This document shows, piece by piece, positions 26,142 to 39,266 of a DNA stretch of 64,000 nucleotides. Positions within the stretch are counted from its first letter, which is position 1, and every line of letters starts with the position of its first letter. The stretch is from Octopus sinensis (Eukaryota): the NCBI RefSeq assembly GCF_006345805.1, contig NC_043015.1, positions 44,640,001-44,704,000 on the forward strand. The letters are read 5' to 3'. The position numbers and the translations under genes were made by a program. The notes below the pieces were generated by a model, which saw only the letters and a program-made list of their open reading frames with translations, did no database searches and had not been told where the DNA came from.

Positions 26142-26155
26142 ATATATATATATAT

Positions 26156-26202
<47 letters not shown>

Positions 26203-26272
26203 ATATATATATATATATATGTTTATATATATTATATATATATTATATATAATATATATATATATATATATA
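25920..26272. repeat. Long interrupted (TA)n array
   Basis: Directly visible; similar arrays at 8190-8365, 52704-52760 and many other sites. Confidence 0.97.
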
Positions 26273-26590
26273 ACTTGCTTCCCAACTACATTGCTTTCAC
26301 TTCAGTCCCACTGCATGGTGTGGCCTTGGGCAACGAAACACAAGTTTGAGCGGATTTGGTAGTCGGAAAGTGAAAGGAACCTGTCTTGTACTCAGACACA
26401 CACACACACACACAACACACACACACACATGTATATATATGTATGCGTGCGTGCGTGTGTGTGTGTTTATGTATGTATGTGTGTGTCATTATGTTGGTCC
26501 CCCACCCCATTTAACAACTGGTGTTCACGCTTAAAATAATAAATACTAAGGTTGATCCATTCGGCAAAAATTTATCTAAGACGCTGTCCC
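26272..26590 (+). mobile_element. SINE family A, degenerate
   Basis: TTCAGTCCCACTGCATGG...CCTTGGGCAA...GATTTGGTAG.CGGAAA.TGAAAG. Confidence 0.7.
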
Positions 26591-26658
26591 ATCATAGCCA
26601 CAGTATAACGACTGAAATAAATAGATATATAATTGAATATAAATACATATACATATAC

Positions 26659-26708
<50 letters not shown>

Positions 26709-27124
26709 GAGAGAGAGACATTTTCATCGAATCCACCGTGTGTTAGATCTCCTAACGGCAATGCAAACTGCATATAATCCGGATATCCTTGGTCTGAAGT
26801 ATGCATCTCGCTTGGATAATTACTACTTTCGAGGTTCTGCTCGGTATGAACCATGTGCAGCACGGATTTCAACTATTCCATTTCTTAATTTCTTAATTCG
26901 CGAATCCAACCAATCTGCTTGCCAACAGTGAACTATATAATATATTTTTCCAGCTAATCCTACTTCGATAAGGGATACATTCTCGATCAGGGAAAAATAC
27001 TTCCATAAGTGATAAATTCTCAGCTTTCTACACAAATAAACCACTATTGTTCCGAAAATTTTTTTTGTAGATTTTCTAAGATTTGCTTCTTAAACCTTGA
27101 TCATTGGATCTTACCTGTATATAA

Positions 27125-27171
27125 CTATATCTATCTATCTATGTATCTATCTATGTATCTATCTATGTATG

Positions 27172-27249
<78 letters not shown>

Positions 27250-27317
27250 CCTACCTACCTACCATTATATCTATCTATCTATCTATCTATCTACCTACCA
27301 ACCTACCTACCTACCAT

Positions 27318-27355
<38 letters not shown>

Positions 27356-27362
27356 CATCCAT

Positions 27363-27395
<33 letters not shown>

Positions 27396-27414
27396 TCATC
27401 CATTCTATCTATCT
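27125..27414. repeat. (TATC)n array, 5' flank of the LINE
   Basis: Directly visible, with TACC and CATC variants. Confidence 0.97.
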
Positions 27415-28560
27415 AAACAAAAGGGTCACGAAAGTCCAAATAAAAACATACCATTTGATGTCGAAACACAATGGGTGGTCTCTGCCATCTGCTTTGAAAT
27501 GTCAGAGACAATGTCAGAGACAAACATCCTGGAAATCGCGGTTCTAGGAGAGAAAGACTATGTGGGCAAATCAATCGAATTCCTGCTTCAATTGATGAAG
27601 CAGCAAGAGAGAAGATACCCACCGCTATAGAACTGCCAGGAGGCTACAAACTCTATATAGTGGTAGAGGGCAGGCGACCACGCTGCTATTTGTGTGGAAG
27701 CGAAACACACTTGAAAAAGACGTGCCCAACCACTGCACACCAAGAGCAACAACAACAACCACTACCACACCAAGCACTCCGGAAAAAAAGCTCTACTACC
27801 CACACCACCATCAACACAGAAGACGACAAGAGAAGCACACCAAGCTAATCCGTCATCAACCAAAAACCACTCGACACCTGGAAAAATACCAACACTACCA
27901 TCAACAGCAAAACCCAAAGGAACAGAAAAACAAAGAAAACACACACAAACTGATCCCCCATCCCTTATACCGCACTCAACACACACAAACACTCAACAAC
28001 CAACAACAACGAAAACAACAACACAACCACTTACACAGACATACATAGAAGCCCACAACATACCCCCACTACCCCTTCTGATTCCTCAGAAATTTCGTCG
28101 GAAGACGAAACCAGTGAGGAATGGCAAATAGCTACAAAAAGAAGGAAAATAAAGAGCAGAAACACAACCAAACCAAATGCAAACACGAACAAAGCAGGGG
28201 AAATACATCTCCCGAAGACATTTCAAAACCCAACGCAAACAACAGCCACACAACACCACAAAAACATATACAGCAAACATGCTCACAGCCATAGACACCA
28301 AAAACACAAATTTGATGGAATACATCCAATCAAAAACAAACATAACAGAAGATGACATAAAAACAAACAACCACCCATACACAACACCACCAGACCACAT
28401 CAAAATAATACACATCTCCAAAAGTCTGCACCACACACTCAAAGGCATTTTCCCCAGTGCGGTTGGTAAATGCCAAAAATATCTCACAAAGAAACTGTAC
28501 TGGGATCTTCTCGAGGACAAACCAACGGAGGAGAAAGCAAAACTTTCGAGCAGTAAGTAA
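27415..28560 (+). pseudogene. LINE ORF1 (partial, frameshifted) with CX2CX4HX4C zinc knuckle
   Basis: Reconstruction gives RVTKVQIKNIPFDVETQWVV...IPTAIELPGGYKLYIVVEGRRPRCYLCGSETHLKKTC; A-rich low-complexity C-terminal half. Confidence 0.8.
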
Positions 28561-28587
28561 CCCTCTGTATTCTAATTCATTAGAACT

Positions 28588-31500
28588 ATGATCAAGATTG
28601 GTTGTGTAAATGCGCGTGGCTTGGGGTCCCCTTGGAAACAAGGGTACCTCTTAAATGACATAAAGTCACATAAGTTAGAAATCATAGCCATAAGCGAGAC
28701 CAGACTCCACAATCCGCGGGCCCTAAAGACCATGTTTGGCGGACAGTTCAACATTTATTTTTCCCCCTGTCTGCCGAGAATGGGCGGTAGTGGCACCGCG
28801 GTACTTTTTCACAAGAGTCTGGATCTCAATGTAAGGACAATATTCGTAGACCCGGAGGGTAGACTGGTCGTCCTGGATGTCGACGGCAGCAATGGGTGCG
28901 CTTTTCGACTCGTATCAGTTTACGCACCGCCCTTAACAGGTCGGGCGGATTTCTTTCAACGTCTAGAAGTTTTCTTGGGAACGTCTCGTCCTTTACTCTT
29001 AGTGGGGGATTGGAATGCTACCTTGGACACGCATGTAGACTACGTGGGTAGAGATAGGAATAGACGGGGATGCAAATGCCTCAGAGACCTGCTCAGACGC
29101 TTTCAACTGTCTGACAGGTTTCGACTAGACCACCCGAATGCGCCAACGTGGACATGGAGCAACCGCATCGGGTCGTCGAGATCGTATCTAGATAGGATAC
29201 TGTGTAGGACAGTAGATAGAGATAGCATAGGATGTCCACAATTCCACATAGTCAGCTACACGGATCACAAACTTGTGACATGTACGCTAGACTTAGGTAA
29301 GACACTTAGGCAGGGTCCCGGATACTGGAAACTAAACGCGTCTTTCCATCGAGACAAGTTTTCAGAGACCGGATTAGCACACTAGTAAAGAGGGCTTTGA
29401 CGGGAGCCATCATCAACAACAAATGGTGGTTTGCCCTCAAGAGAGCAGTAAAAGCAGAAGCGATTAGGTACAGCAAAGCACTAGCCATAGATAGAAATAG
29501 AGTAGAGGGTGAGCTAGTAAGAAGCTAGAAGAGGCAATTAGAAGCGGCATCGCATCCGACGTTTTGGCGGCGAGGTTGGCCCTCGACCAACACTTCAACG
29601 CCAAACACGAAGGATGTGCTGTCAGAGCTAGGATGCGTGCTCTAAGGAACGAAGGTGTTGGAGCCGCGAGAGAGGCCCGGGTGGCAGAGGCGCAACAGGG
29701 CAACAAAGCCACCATTCGGTCACTGGTAGATGAACAGGGGCGCGAATTGCTCGAGCCAAGTAAAATGTGTGAGGCCTTTCAGCAGCATTTTGCCCGACTG
29801 TTCGGAACGAGTGGAGGGCAAGAACGTAGGGTGGACTTCAGTGCCTACCTACATAGCCTACCACGACTCTCGACAAGAAAGGCAGGGTGCTGCGAAGGTG
29901 CCATCACGGCGGCGGAAGTGCGGGAAGCGATGGCAGAATGCTCGAGGGACAAATCACCGGGTTTGGATGGTCTACCCTACGAGCTTTACAATTGTATGCC
30001 AGACTTGTTTGGAGATCTCTTGGCGGCGGTGTACTGCAACTGGCAGCAAAACGGGAGCATTCCTGGTTTTGTGAGCCGAGGAGCCGTAACACTGCTGAAG
30101 AAAGATCTAAACAAGGGAAATGTAATAGATAACTTTAGGCCCATCACTCTGCTTAATGCAGACTTGAAAATTTTAGCCAAGGTGCTAGCCAAGAGGTTGG
30201 CGCTTGTCATCGAGAAACTGGTCGACAAGGCGCAAACATGCGCCGTGCCAGGCCGGACCATCCATGACAACCTCCATCTGATGCGCTACATCATAGACAG
30301 GGTAGTTAACGAACCTGGCATGGGTGGGGCCCTGATCAACTTGGATCAATCAAAAGCCTTTGATAGGGTAGACCATCGATACTTGGAGGCAGTCCTGAGA
30401 GCGGCTGGTTTCGGTCCCGTCTTCCGCGGCTGGATAGCTGCCTTGTACAGAGGCATCCGTTCGGTAATTCGCGTAAATGGACATCTATCGAGACCTTTCG
30501 ACATTGCACGTTCGGTCCGTCAGGGATGCCCCCTCTCGGCGCTTCTATACGTATTGACTCTTGAGCCACTACTGCGGAAGCTGGCGACTCTAAGGGGCAT
30601 CCCGCGAGAATTGGGATGCGGGACGAGCGTGTCTGCATACGCGGACGACGTCACCGTCATAGTGTCTAGCCACGAGCACATCGAGCTGGTGGCGAGACAC
30701 TGAAAAACTACGAAGCGGTGACAGGAGCGAAAATCAACCGGGAAAAGTCAGTGGGCTTGCGACTAGGCACCTGGAGAAGCAAGCCCATGCCGTCCACCAG
30801 CGCCTCCGTCGTGGGACGCTGGACCGACGGCCCGGTTGAGTTGCTCGGGGTCTGGTTTGGTCCGGACCTCCAAGTGGAGAAGAACTGGAACGAGATAACG
30901 AGTAGGGTGGTCACTCTCGCCCGCAATGGGCCGAGAGGAAACTGTCCCTAAAAGGTCGAGCGGAGGTGGCGAACACGTACATCGCGTCCGTCATCTACTA
31001 CCGCCTGACCGTCGTACCTTGTCCCGACCCTACCATCACCAAACTACAACGCATCCTCTTTCGCTTCTTGTGGAAAGGATGCGTCCCGATGGTCAGGCGA
31101 TCCATTTGCTGTCAACACCCGTTAAAAGGAGGGCTGGGCATGCCGTGGTTGATGATGCGCAGACACGCGCTGAGACTGCGACATCTCTGGCTCTATGTAG
31201 ACGACGGTGAACAGGTGTGGTCGCCGTTTGTGAGGCACGCTTTCCCGCAGCTCGTCTCCATGACCGAACTGCAGTCGTGGATCAAAAAGAGGCCGAGGAA
31301 GGGCGAATGGCACCGCGAGTGTCGCGTTGCTCTCAAGCAACTCTGCCGTCCTGGGTCGACCTTAAGTGACTTCAACACAACCAAAGCATTCTATAGGGGT
31401 TTAGTGGAGGGGAGGTACGACGACGAGCTCGGGGCGAACCTGGACGTCGACGAGGAGTACCTGACCCGCCTGTTCGGGACGACTTTCGGGCCAGGGCCCA

Positions 31501-32019
31501 TGGACAACTTCCAGAGATCCCTGGCCTGGCAGTGCTACCGAGAAGCGCTACCCGTTCGGGATAAGCTCTACAGACACGGCTCGAGAAACACGGGGCCGAC
31601 CTGCCCGAGATGCGGTCAGAGCGACGAAACCGTTCTGCACGCACTCGTTCAGTGTCCACAATTTCCGACCTGTGGGCTTATGTCGAACAACTGCTGTCAC
31701 GTGTGGGACGAGTCGGTTTATCAGCTGAGTCTATCGTCAATATTGTCACGCCTCCTTCCTTCAAACGGGAAGGAAGAGCTATTTTCATCATCCTTGTGGC
31801 TATGGCGAAAGAATGTATCTGGTGGACGCGTCTGAAAGGATTGGAGACAAACACTTTCCTCTCTGGTCAATCTCTCATCAACTTCTTCAAGTACCACTTG
31901 AAAAGGAAAGTGAGAGTAGAGAGGCAAGTTTTGTCTAGCGAATGTTTTAAAAAAGATGGGTGAATGTAGCAAGAATGGCACGTATGAATGACGAAGCCAC
32001 CTTGAGCATAGTCCTATGA
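28588..32019 (+). pseudogene. LINE ORF2: AP-endonuclease + reverse transcriptase + Zn finger, about 6 frameshifts
   Basis: EN motifs VNARGL, SETR, GDWN, YLDRIL, TDHK; RT motifs KSPGLDG, FRPITLLN, LDQSKAFD, VRQGCPLS, YADD; CPRCGQSDETVLHALVQC. Confidence 0.92.
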
Positions 32020-32502
32020 ACCCAGAAATCGAAAACAGAGAGTTGCTTATTGGCGAAAAAAAAAAAAAAAAAAAAAGATATAAAATGTGACTTCATTGAC
32101 CGAGGTTACCGTGGTCTTTTCCGCAGGCTTTTCTTTCCACGGGTAAACTCACCACTGTCCTCCCCTTTACACTTCATATTGACATTTCTGTGATAACGAT
32201 CCCTATTGATCATTTTTTTTTCCTCCCCCCCTTTTTTTTTTTTTTTTTAACCCCCCTTATTTTTGTCCTCTTTCTCTCCTTTTACGATCCCTTTTGATCG
32301 AACCTCCCCCTTCCTTTTTTTTTTTTTTTTTTTTTTTTAATACCTTCAAAAGAAAAGCTCTACCTTGTAATTTGTTCTATCTGCGTGCAGCCCTGTGTGG
32401 CTAATAAAGAAACATATCTATCTATCTATCCATCCTTTCTATCTATCTATCTATCTATCCATCCATCTATCCATCTATCTACCAACCTATCTATCTAACA
32501 AC

Positions 32503-32559
<57 letters not shown>

Positions 32560-33221
32560 TGTATCGAAAATGTTTTATCTTACGAAGTAATCTCATAAAA
32601 CTACATTAGTGTTTTATTACATAACATCTTTATTTTTAATATAAAAATAGCATAACATTATAAAACAGACTTACAATGGGAAAATATATAAATGGAAACA
32701 TGGAAATTTCTCTCAGTTTACTTAAAGAATCGTTCACATGCTTCAACATCTTGTGTTTGTGCTTTTGTTTATGTTTCTTTTTGTGTATATCGTTTCTGAT
32801 ATAAATATATTTGTATATTAATTCTGGCATGAATATATGGTATCAACATATTTTTATTTTCGTTTACACTTAATATCTTGCAAAATAATATGAATACAAA
32901 TAGTTTCGCGCTAAAAAGAATATTCCAAGAAATATGAATTGTAACAGTCACTTGAACTCAATTCTCAATTGAAATGTAATATCTCCAAAACCAAGTGTAT
33001 CTAAAACTGATTTCTGGTGTGTGTACCTGACTAATCCATGTAGAAGCCCATAATTAACCATAAATTACAAAATACTACGACTGTCTTTAAAATGAATGTA
33101 GTAAGAAAAACAGCGTTGAACTTATTGGAATTCGAACTCATAACGCAAAGTTCTGGAACGAACAACATAAAACATTTTTGTCCGTCGCTCGAATGCTTCA
33201 ATGAAATATTAGTTTGTTGGT

Positions 33222-33603
33222 TGGAAGCACTCCGTCGGTTACGACGACGAGGGTTCCGGTTGATCCGATCAACGGAACAGCCTGCTCGCGAAATTAACGT
33301 GTAAGTGGCTGAGCACTCCACAGACACGTGTACCCTTAACGTAGTTCTCGGGGATATTCAGCGTGACACAGAGAGTGACAAGGCCGGCCCTTTGAAATAC
33401 AGGTACAACAGAAACAGGAAGTAAGAGTGAGAGAAAGTTGTGGTGAAAGAGTACAGCAGGGATCACCACCATCCCTGCCGGAGCGTCGTGGAGCTTTAGG
33501 TGTTTTCGCTCACTAAACACTCACAACGCCCGGTCTGGGAATCGAAACCGCGATCCTATGACCGCGAGTCCGCTGCCCTAACTACTGGGCCATTGCGCCT
33601 CCA
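33222..33603 (-). mobile_element. SINE family C, full length
   Basis: A box TGGCCCAGT and B box GTTTCGATTCC on the minus strand; colinear with 49210-49601. Confidence 0.93.
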
Positions 33604-34844
33604 CTTGTAATAATAGTAAATCTACAGCAGATGTAATTTATTCCCGCTTCGGTTTGCGATACCAGAATATACTATAATTTGAGGTTTATTAGCTTTATTG
33701 ATTGCTGCTTTCATCGAACCGAATTATAGTTACATTGTTTATATCTACTCCGGTGGTGAGTTTCCAGTCATAGATTAGCAAATTAGATAATGTAAAGCTT
33801 GGGCGCGGTGTGAACTTTCGAACCAGTTTCAATTCACGATTGTGACATCTTCTGATTTGATTTCCAAGTAAATCTCTTAGTGTAGTTATTGTCATGACAA
33901 CTCTCATTTTCTCACTTTCTGAAAGCCAAAACCACACACACAGGGCACCTATTATGTGGATGTATATCTCTCAACATGTAAAGTCAACTAATTGATCTCA
34001 TTTATCACACTAGATTATGGGATATAATATAGTCATTCATTATAATCCTCTATCATTAATGCTTGTAACAAGCTAATGAAATATTACTATTATCTTACCT
34101 CGACAATGTTCGGTTCATTTCAAAACTGTGATGTCACACAGGCAATGGAATAACCACACTTTATATTAACTGGCAACCAGCTAATGGGATTAATTAAATG
34201 AAGTACGGCATTAGGATTCTACAGGGTATATAATTAATATGCAATATTTTAGTGAACTTGCAAAGATGAATTTTAGATTTCTGTTTAGTTCCCACTTCAT
34301 TAAATTTAAGTATCGTTTCAAGAAGGATTTATTACAGCTTGGAATGTTTTAGTTGATGGGAAGATATTTTCATTTATGTATCAAGGGGAAGACAAAAGAA
34401 GATAGAAGGGGTGACTATATTGATATCACAACATACAATTAGCTGAGAACGCGTTAGTTCGAATCCGCTATTCATTCACTATGATGTTTTCAGGACAGAA
34501 GCATGGAACATTCACATATTTCGGTCCACTTAAAATATTCACTATTCGCCAATGTATTCGGTGAAAACACTTAAACATTATTGGGAAATGATTCCTCATC
34601 TTGCAATATAGATTTCAATGCATCCTGCAGGTAGTATTACAATGCGTATTGTTTCTGTCAATTTGATTTACCCAAATGAATTTTCTGCGTTAACCTCATG
34701 ACATATGGCTCAAATGATCCGGAGGTGCTGCAAAACATATAACAAACAAAGGTCTTTCTTTAGCTTAGTTTTTAAATCATTTCAAAATATTCCATCCTTG
34801 ATTACGAGACTGTTGTATGGTATATGGAATATGTCTTAAAGTAT

Positions 34845-35141
34845 AGGCGGCGAGCTGGCAGAAACGTTAGCACGCCGGGCGAAATGCTTAGCAGTATTCT
34901 GTCTGCCGCTACGTTCTGAGTTCAAATTCCGCCGAGGTCGACTTTGCCTTTCATCCTTTCGGGGTCGATTAAATAAGTACCACTTACACACTGGAGTCGA
35001 TATAATCGACTTAATCTGTTTGTCTATCCTTGTTTGTCCTCTCTGTGTTTAACCCCTTGTGGGTAGTTAAGAAATAGGTAGTTCGTCTGCCGTTACGTTC
35101 TGAGTTCAAATTCAGCCGAGGTCGACTTTGCCTTTCATCCT
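34845..35141 (+). mobile_element. SINE family B plus partial tandem re-copy of its internal 60 bp
   Basis: Full copy 34845-35075, then GTTCGTCTGCCG...CTTTCATCC repeated at 35080-35141. Confidence 0.9.
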
Positions 35142-35900
35142 ACTCATATATGCAGGCATTTACTGTTTACAATATAATCTAATATCGCTGGCAATCACAA
35201 AGACTAAGGATATGAACCCGTGTCTCTTCGATCGACGTACTATCAGTAAATCTCTCTGTCATTACATATTTATAACTATATTTACACTTCAGCTGGATTC
35301 CATTATATTTATAGACCAGGGCAGCAGAAATACACGCTGCAATACAAGTATGCTTAACATTTGAAGAGGCATGTCGCATATGGACGGATGGGCCGTACAC
35401 GACTTACATGTCCTACATGAGTGAGGCATGGGAAATGGCGGGTTACAGGAACTCAAGCGGCATTGAAGATAATGATGGATATATCGATGAGTAGGAGGTG
35501 AAAAAGCCTTGTTAGATGGTTTGAAACCTTACCTTTATTTGTAGTGGTTTATAAACTCAATTGTGTTTCTTTTATAATGTTAAGTAAGAGGTTTTAGTGC
35601 CTCCTTCTTGTAAGAGGTTTGAAATATGTTTTCCAGAAATATCCAATCGGCGGGTGTTGGGTTTCGTCTCTCATTTATTCATTCTATTTCATTTTCATTC
35701 ACTAATGTGTTTATCCAGCCCGCAGCTACTCTGTATATTGCCTTTATGGCAAATAAAATGAAATAAAGTATGCTAAAAAATTTGGTTCAGAACAATTTCT
35801 TGCTTCCATATCTACATGTCCAAAACTAAATAAAAACCTGCTGTACACATTTTCTTCCAATTCTTGAATACAACAAAACCCCAGTATAAGTAGGAATAAT

Positions 35901-36309
35901 GGATCTTTTCGGTTTGAACGGCAGTTTTTAACATAATTTCTAGGTAACTAAAACATTTTAAACTTCGTATACTGATAGAATGTGTTTATAAAACATCTTT
36001 TTCCCTAAGCTTTATTGAGAAAATTCTATGGTTTGTAAGATATTTGTTGTTTTTTTTCTTCAATTTCTGCAATTTCAACCAATCAATGACGTCTATTGAG
36101 GTGAAAACATTCTGTGCCGAATGAATATGCCCCTCGTTTAAGAAACAGATTGGGTTTATTTACATTTCTGAAAAAACCCCAGATATTCTTCCCCCATCCC
36201 TAACCCTAAAACAGATTGAAATGCAATAGATCGATACTAGGGTCATAATTATGGGTGACCATTTCATATGACACCGCTAGGAAAAAACTGCCGTTTAAAG
36301 ACAAATAAT
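35901..36309 (+). mobile_element. MITE-like family D
   Basis: 5' GGATCTTTTCGGTTTGAACGGCAGTTTT, degenerate 3' TIR AAAAACTGCCGTTTAAAG; colinear with 51116-51552. Confidence 0.85.
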
Positions 36310-36371
36310 TGTCTTTAAACGAAAGATTTAATAGATTCACGAACTGTGTCAGCTTTTATTCAACAGTAATT

Positions 36372-36536
36372 GGCGCAGGAGTGGCTGTGTGGTAAGTAGC
36401 TTGCTAACCAACCACATGGTTCCGGGTTCAGTCCTACTGCGTGGCATCTTGGGCAAGTGTCTTCTGCTATAGCCCCGGGCCGACCAATGCCTTGTGAGTG
36501 GATTTGGTGGACGGAAACTGAAAGAAGCCTGTCGTA

Positions 36537-36577
<41 letters not shown>

Positions 36578-36808
36578 GCGTGTATGTTTGTGTGTCTGTG
36601 TTTGTCCCCCTAGCATTGCTTGACAACCGATGCTGGTGTGTTTACGTCCCCGTCACTTAGCGGTTCGGCAAAAGAGACTGATAGAATAAGTACTGGGCTT
36701 ACAAAGAATAAGTCCTGGGATCGATTTGCTCGACTAAAAAAAAGCGGTGCTCCAGCATGGCCGCAGTCAAATGACTGAAATAAGTAAAAGAGAAAGAGAA
36801 AAGAGAGT
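36372..36808 (+). mobile_element. SINE family A, full length
   Basis: Head, core and tail all present. Confidence 0.93.
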
Positions 36809-37607
36809 ACTTCATTCAAATATAATCTTTCCATAAACCACGTCTACTATAAGCTGTCCATAAGCTACGCCTACTAATGACTTTGCTGTATATAATATTA
36901 AAGGAATGTCTGGGGAATGGTTTCAGTAGCGATTGATGATTATTTATAAGAACGGTTTCTGCTGTCTACACTATCCATTGCAGCTGTTGTCATCAACTCG
37001 ATAACAAAAGTGTTATAAATTTGGCAGAAGGCCAGAGCTCTGAAGAATAGGTATTTGTCGATTGATAAGAATTGAGGAGGTGACTGTTACATATTTTATT
37101 TTATAAATCCTCGAGAGTCACAAAATAAAATACTGAAAATGAAAATTTCCTGTAACTAAATCTCGGTAATAACTTCTGAAATTCTCTGCCGATACTTCAT
37201 ACCAACATGTTGGTCTGTTATATTTATTTTTATAAAAGCACAAATCTTCTAGAGGTGTTCTAGGACAACGTATTCGATGATACTGACGTAGCCAAACACT
37301 TGATTTTCTAAAAAATATCTGTTCAGCTAAAGAAACATAGGGCACAAAGTCAATACCTTCAAAATTTGAACTGAGCAGAAGAAAAACATTAAGAAAACCC
37401 TAAAGAATATTAGATACTTCATAACAATAATTTCACAATAAGGATTTTTTGCATAAATATAAGCCTAAATGTATGATTGGGGTGTATGTTTTTATGTAAT
37501 TTCCCGCAGGATAATTAGAACAGAGGACACATACCTCGGAGTACATGTTCTGCATACTTGCATTCTGGGTTAGAAATGCTCCGATGTTAAATCTGCTTCC
37601 GTCACTC

Positions 37608-37680
37608 CAGGGTTCCCAAACTTTTTTTTACTCACGGCGCACCTTGCAAGAAGCCATAATATTTTGGCACACTTTGTCCA
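37608..37680 (+). mobile_element. Possible hAT-type MITE terminus
   Basis: CAGGGTTCCCAAACTTTTT resembles hAT/Charlie termini; partner end not found. Confidence 0.35.
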
Positions 37681-37939
37681 TAAATTTTTAAACAATTTTT
37701 GAAAGGAGTTTTATACGTGGTAGCGTAGCGTAAACTATAAAGTAATATATATATAATTAAAAATACAGAAAAGGTGCATGTACTTACTCTTTATTCAATA
37801 TATGAAGCAAAGTTATCAATGAGAATCACGCGCTTGATGTTTTTTAGAAATGTTTTCAATAATGGGATGTATTTGAGACAGACAAATACTCGTTTCTTTT
37901 CAATGCAACGCATAAAGATTCGTTTGTTCCTGAGGGTAC

Positions 37940-38206
37940 CTGCCAGCTTTCAGGTTTATTCGTAGGGGTGTGAAGTACGGAACTGTGTGTGTGCTTTTCG
38001 ACACCCCTGCGGAGGCGCAAAAGTTCGCAAGCCAACCTGTAGAAGGGGAGAAAATTTTGTTTCCCACCACATACGGTGGGCGAAAACTGACAAGAGCTTG
38101 GGTCTGTGGGCTGCCACTCGGTATGGAGCCCGAATGGATAGAGGATTCTATCAGACGGGGACTGGGTGGCAGCACCGCTAAGCTGGACGAAGCAGTGCCA
38201 GGGTGA
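37940..38206 (+). pseudogene. Fragment of a Tx1/L1-like ORF1 from a different family
   Basis: FIRRGVKYGTVCVLF...FPTTYGGRKLTRAWVCGLPLGMEPEWI parallels RVTKVQIKNIPFDVETQWV of the ORF1 at 27415; GC-rich island. Confidence 0.5.
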
Positions 38207-38368
38207 CACAGATGCTATAAAGTACCACTGAACTACTAGTGTACAATCCTCAATCAATCACTCTTTCTAAGAATCTAGTGTTTTGCTCACAAAATTCTGA
38301 GTAAATCGAAGCAAATTGTAATATATAGTTGTGTTTTTTTTGTATATGTGTGCGTATAGGTACAGGTG

Positions 38369-38414
<46 letters not shown>

Positions 38415-38439
38415 TGTGTGTGTATGTGTGTATGTATAT

Positions 38440-38471
<32 letters not shown>

Positions 38472-38505
38472 ATATATATATATATACGTATGTATGTACC
38501 TTGTA

Positions 38506-38802
38506 CGCAATGGCCCTGTGGTTAGGGCAGCGGACGCGCGGTCGTAGGATCGCGGTTTCGATTCCCAGACCGAGTGTTATGAGTGTTTATTGAGCGAAAA
38601 CACCTAAAGTTCCACGACGCTCCGGCAGGGGTTGGTGTCGATGCCTGCTGTACTTTTTCGCCACAACTTTCTCTCACTCTTTCTTCTGTTGGTCTGCTCG
38701 CTTAGCCAGCGGTGGAGGGGTCGTGATTTGAAGGCTAAAACAATGCGAAGCGCATTGTGACCAGCGATGTGTAGCAACATCTGATAGCCTGGTCAGTCAC
38801 GG
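38506..38802 (+). mobile_element. SINE with family C head and core but a different 3' tail
   Basis: Matches family C up to ...CTCTCACTCTTTCTTC, then an unrelated tail GCTCGCTTAGCCAGCGG...GCCTGGTCAGTCACG. Confidence 0.85.
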
Positions 38803-38814
38803 TTATATATATAT

Positions 38815-39225
38815 CAGGAGTGGCTGGGTGGTAAGTAGCTTGTTTACCAGCCACATTGTTCCGGGTTCAGTCACACTGCGTGGCACCTTGGGGAAGTGTC
38901 TTCTACTATACCTTCGGGCCGACCAAAGCCTTGTGAGTGGATTTGGTAGACGGAAACTGAAAGAAGCCCCCCGTATATATGTGTATATATGTATGCGTGT
39001 GTGTGTGTGTTTGTGTGTCTGTGTTTGCCCCCCACCCCTAGCATTGCTTGACAACCGATGCTGGTCTGTTTATGTCCCCGTTACCTAGCGGTTCGGTAAA
39101 AGAAACCGATAGAATAAGTACTGGGCTTACAATAGAATAAGTCCCGGGGTCGAGTTGCTCGAGTAAAGGCGGTGCTCCAGAATGGCCGCAGTCAAATGAC
39201 TGAAACAAGTAAAAGAGTAAAAGAG

Positions 39226-39227
<2 letters not shown>
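38815..39227 (+). mobile_element. SINE family A, full length
   Basis: Head, core and (AAAAGAGT)2 tail. Confidence 0.93.

Positions 39228-39266
<39 letters not shown>

Larger units (their letters stand above)
27415..32413 (+). mobile_element. Tx1/L1-clade non-LTR retrotransposon, 5'-truncated within ORF1
   Basis: ORF1 with CCHC knuckle, ORF2 with APE-EN, RT and C-terminal Zn finger, 3' UTR ending AATAAAGAAA; flanked by (TATC)n on both sides. Confidence 0.93.

Noticed and set aside
33222-33603. tRNA genes
   Set aside because: tRNA-like A/B boxes belong to SINE heads; no complete cloverleaf with acceptor stem.
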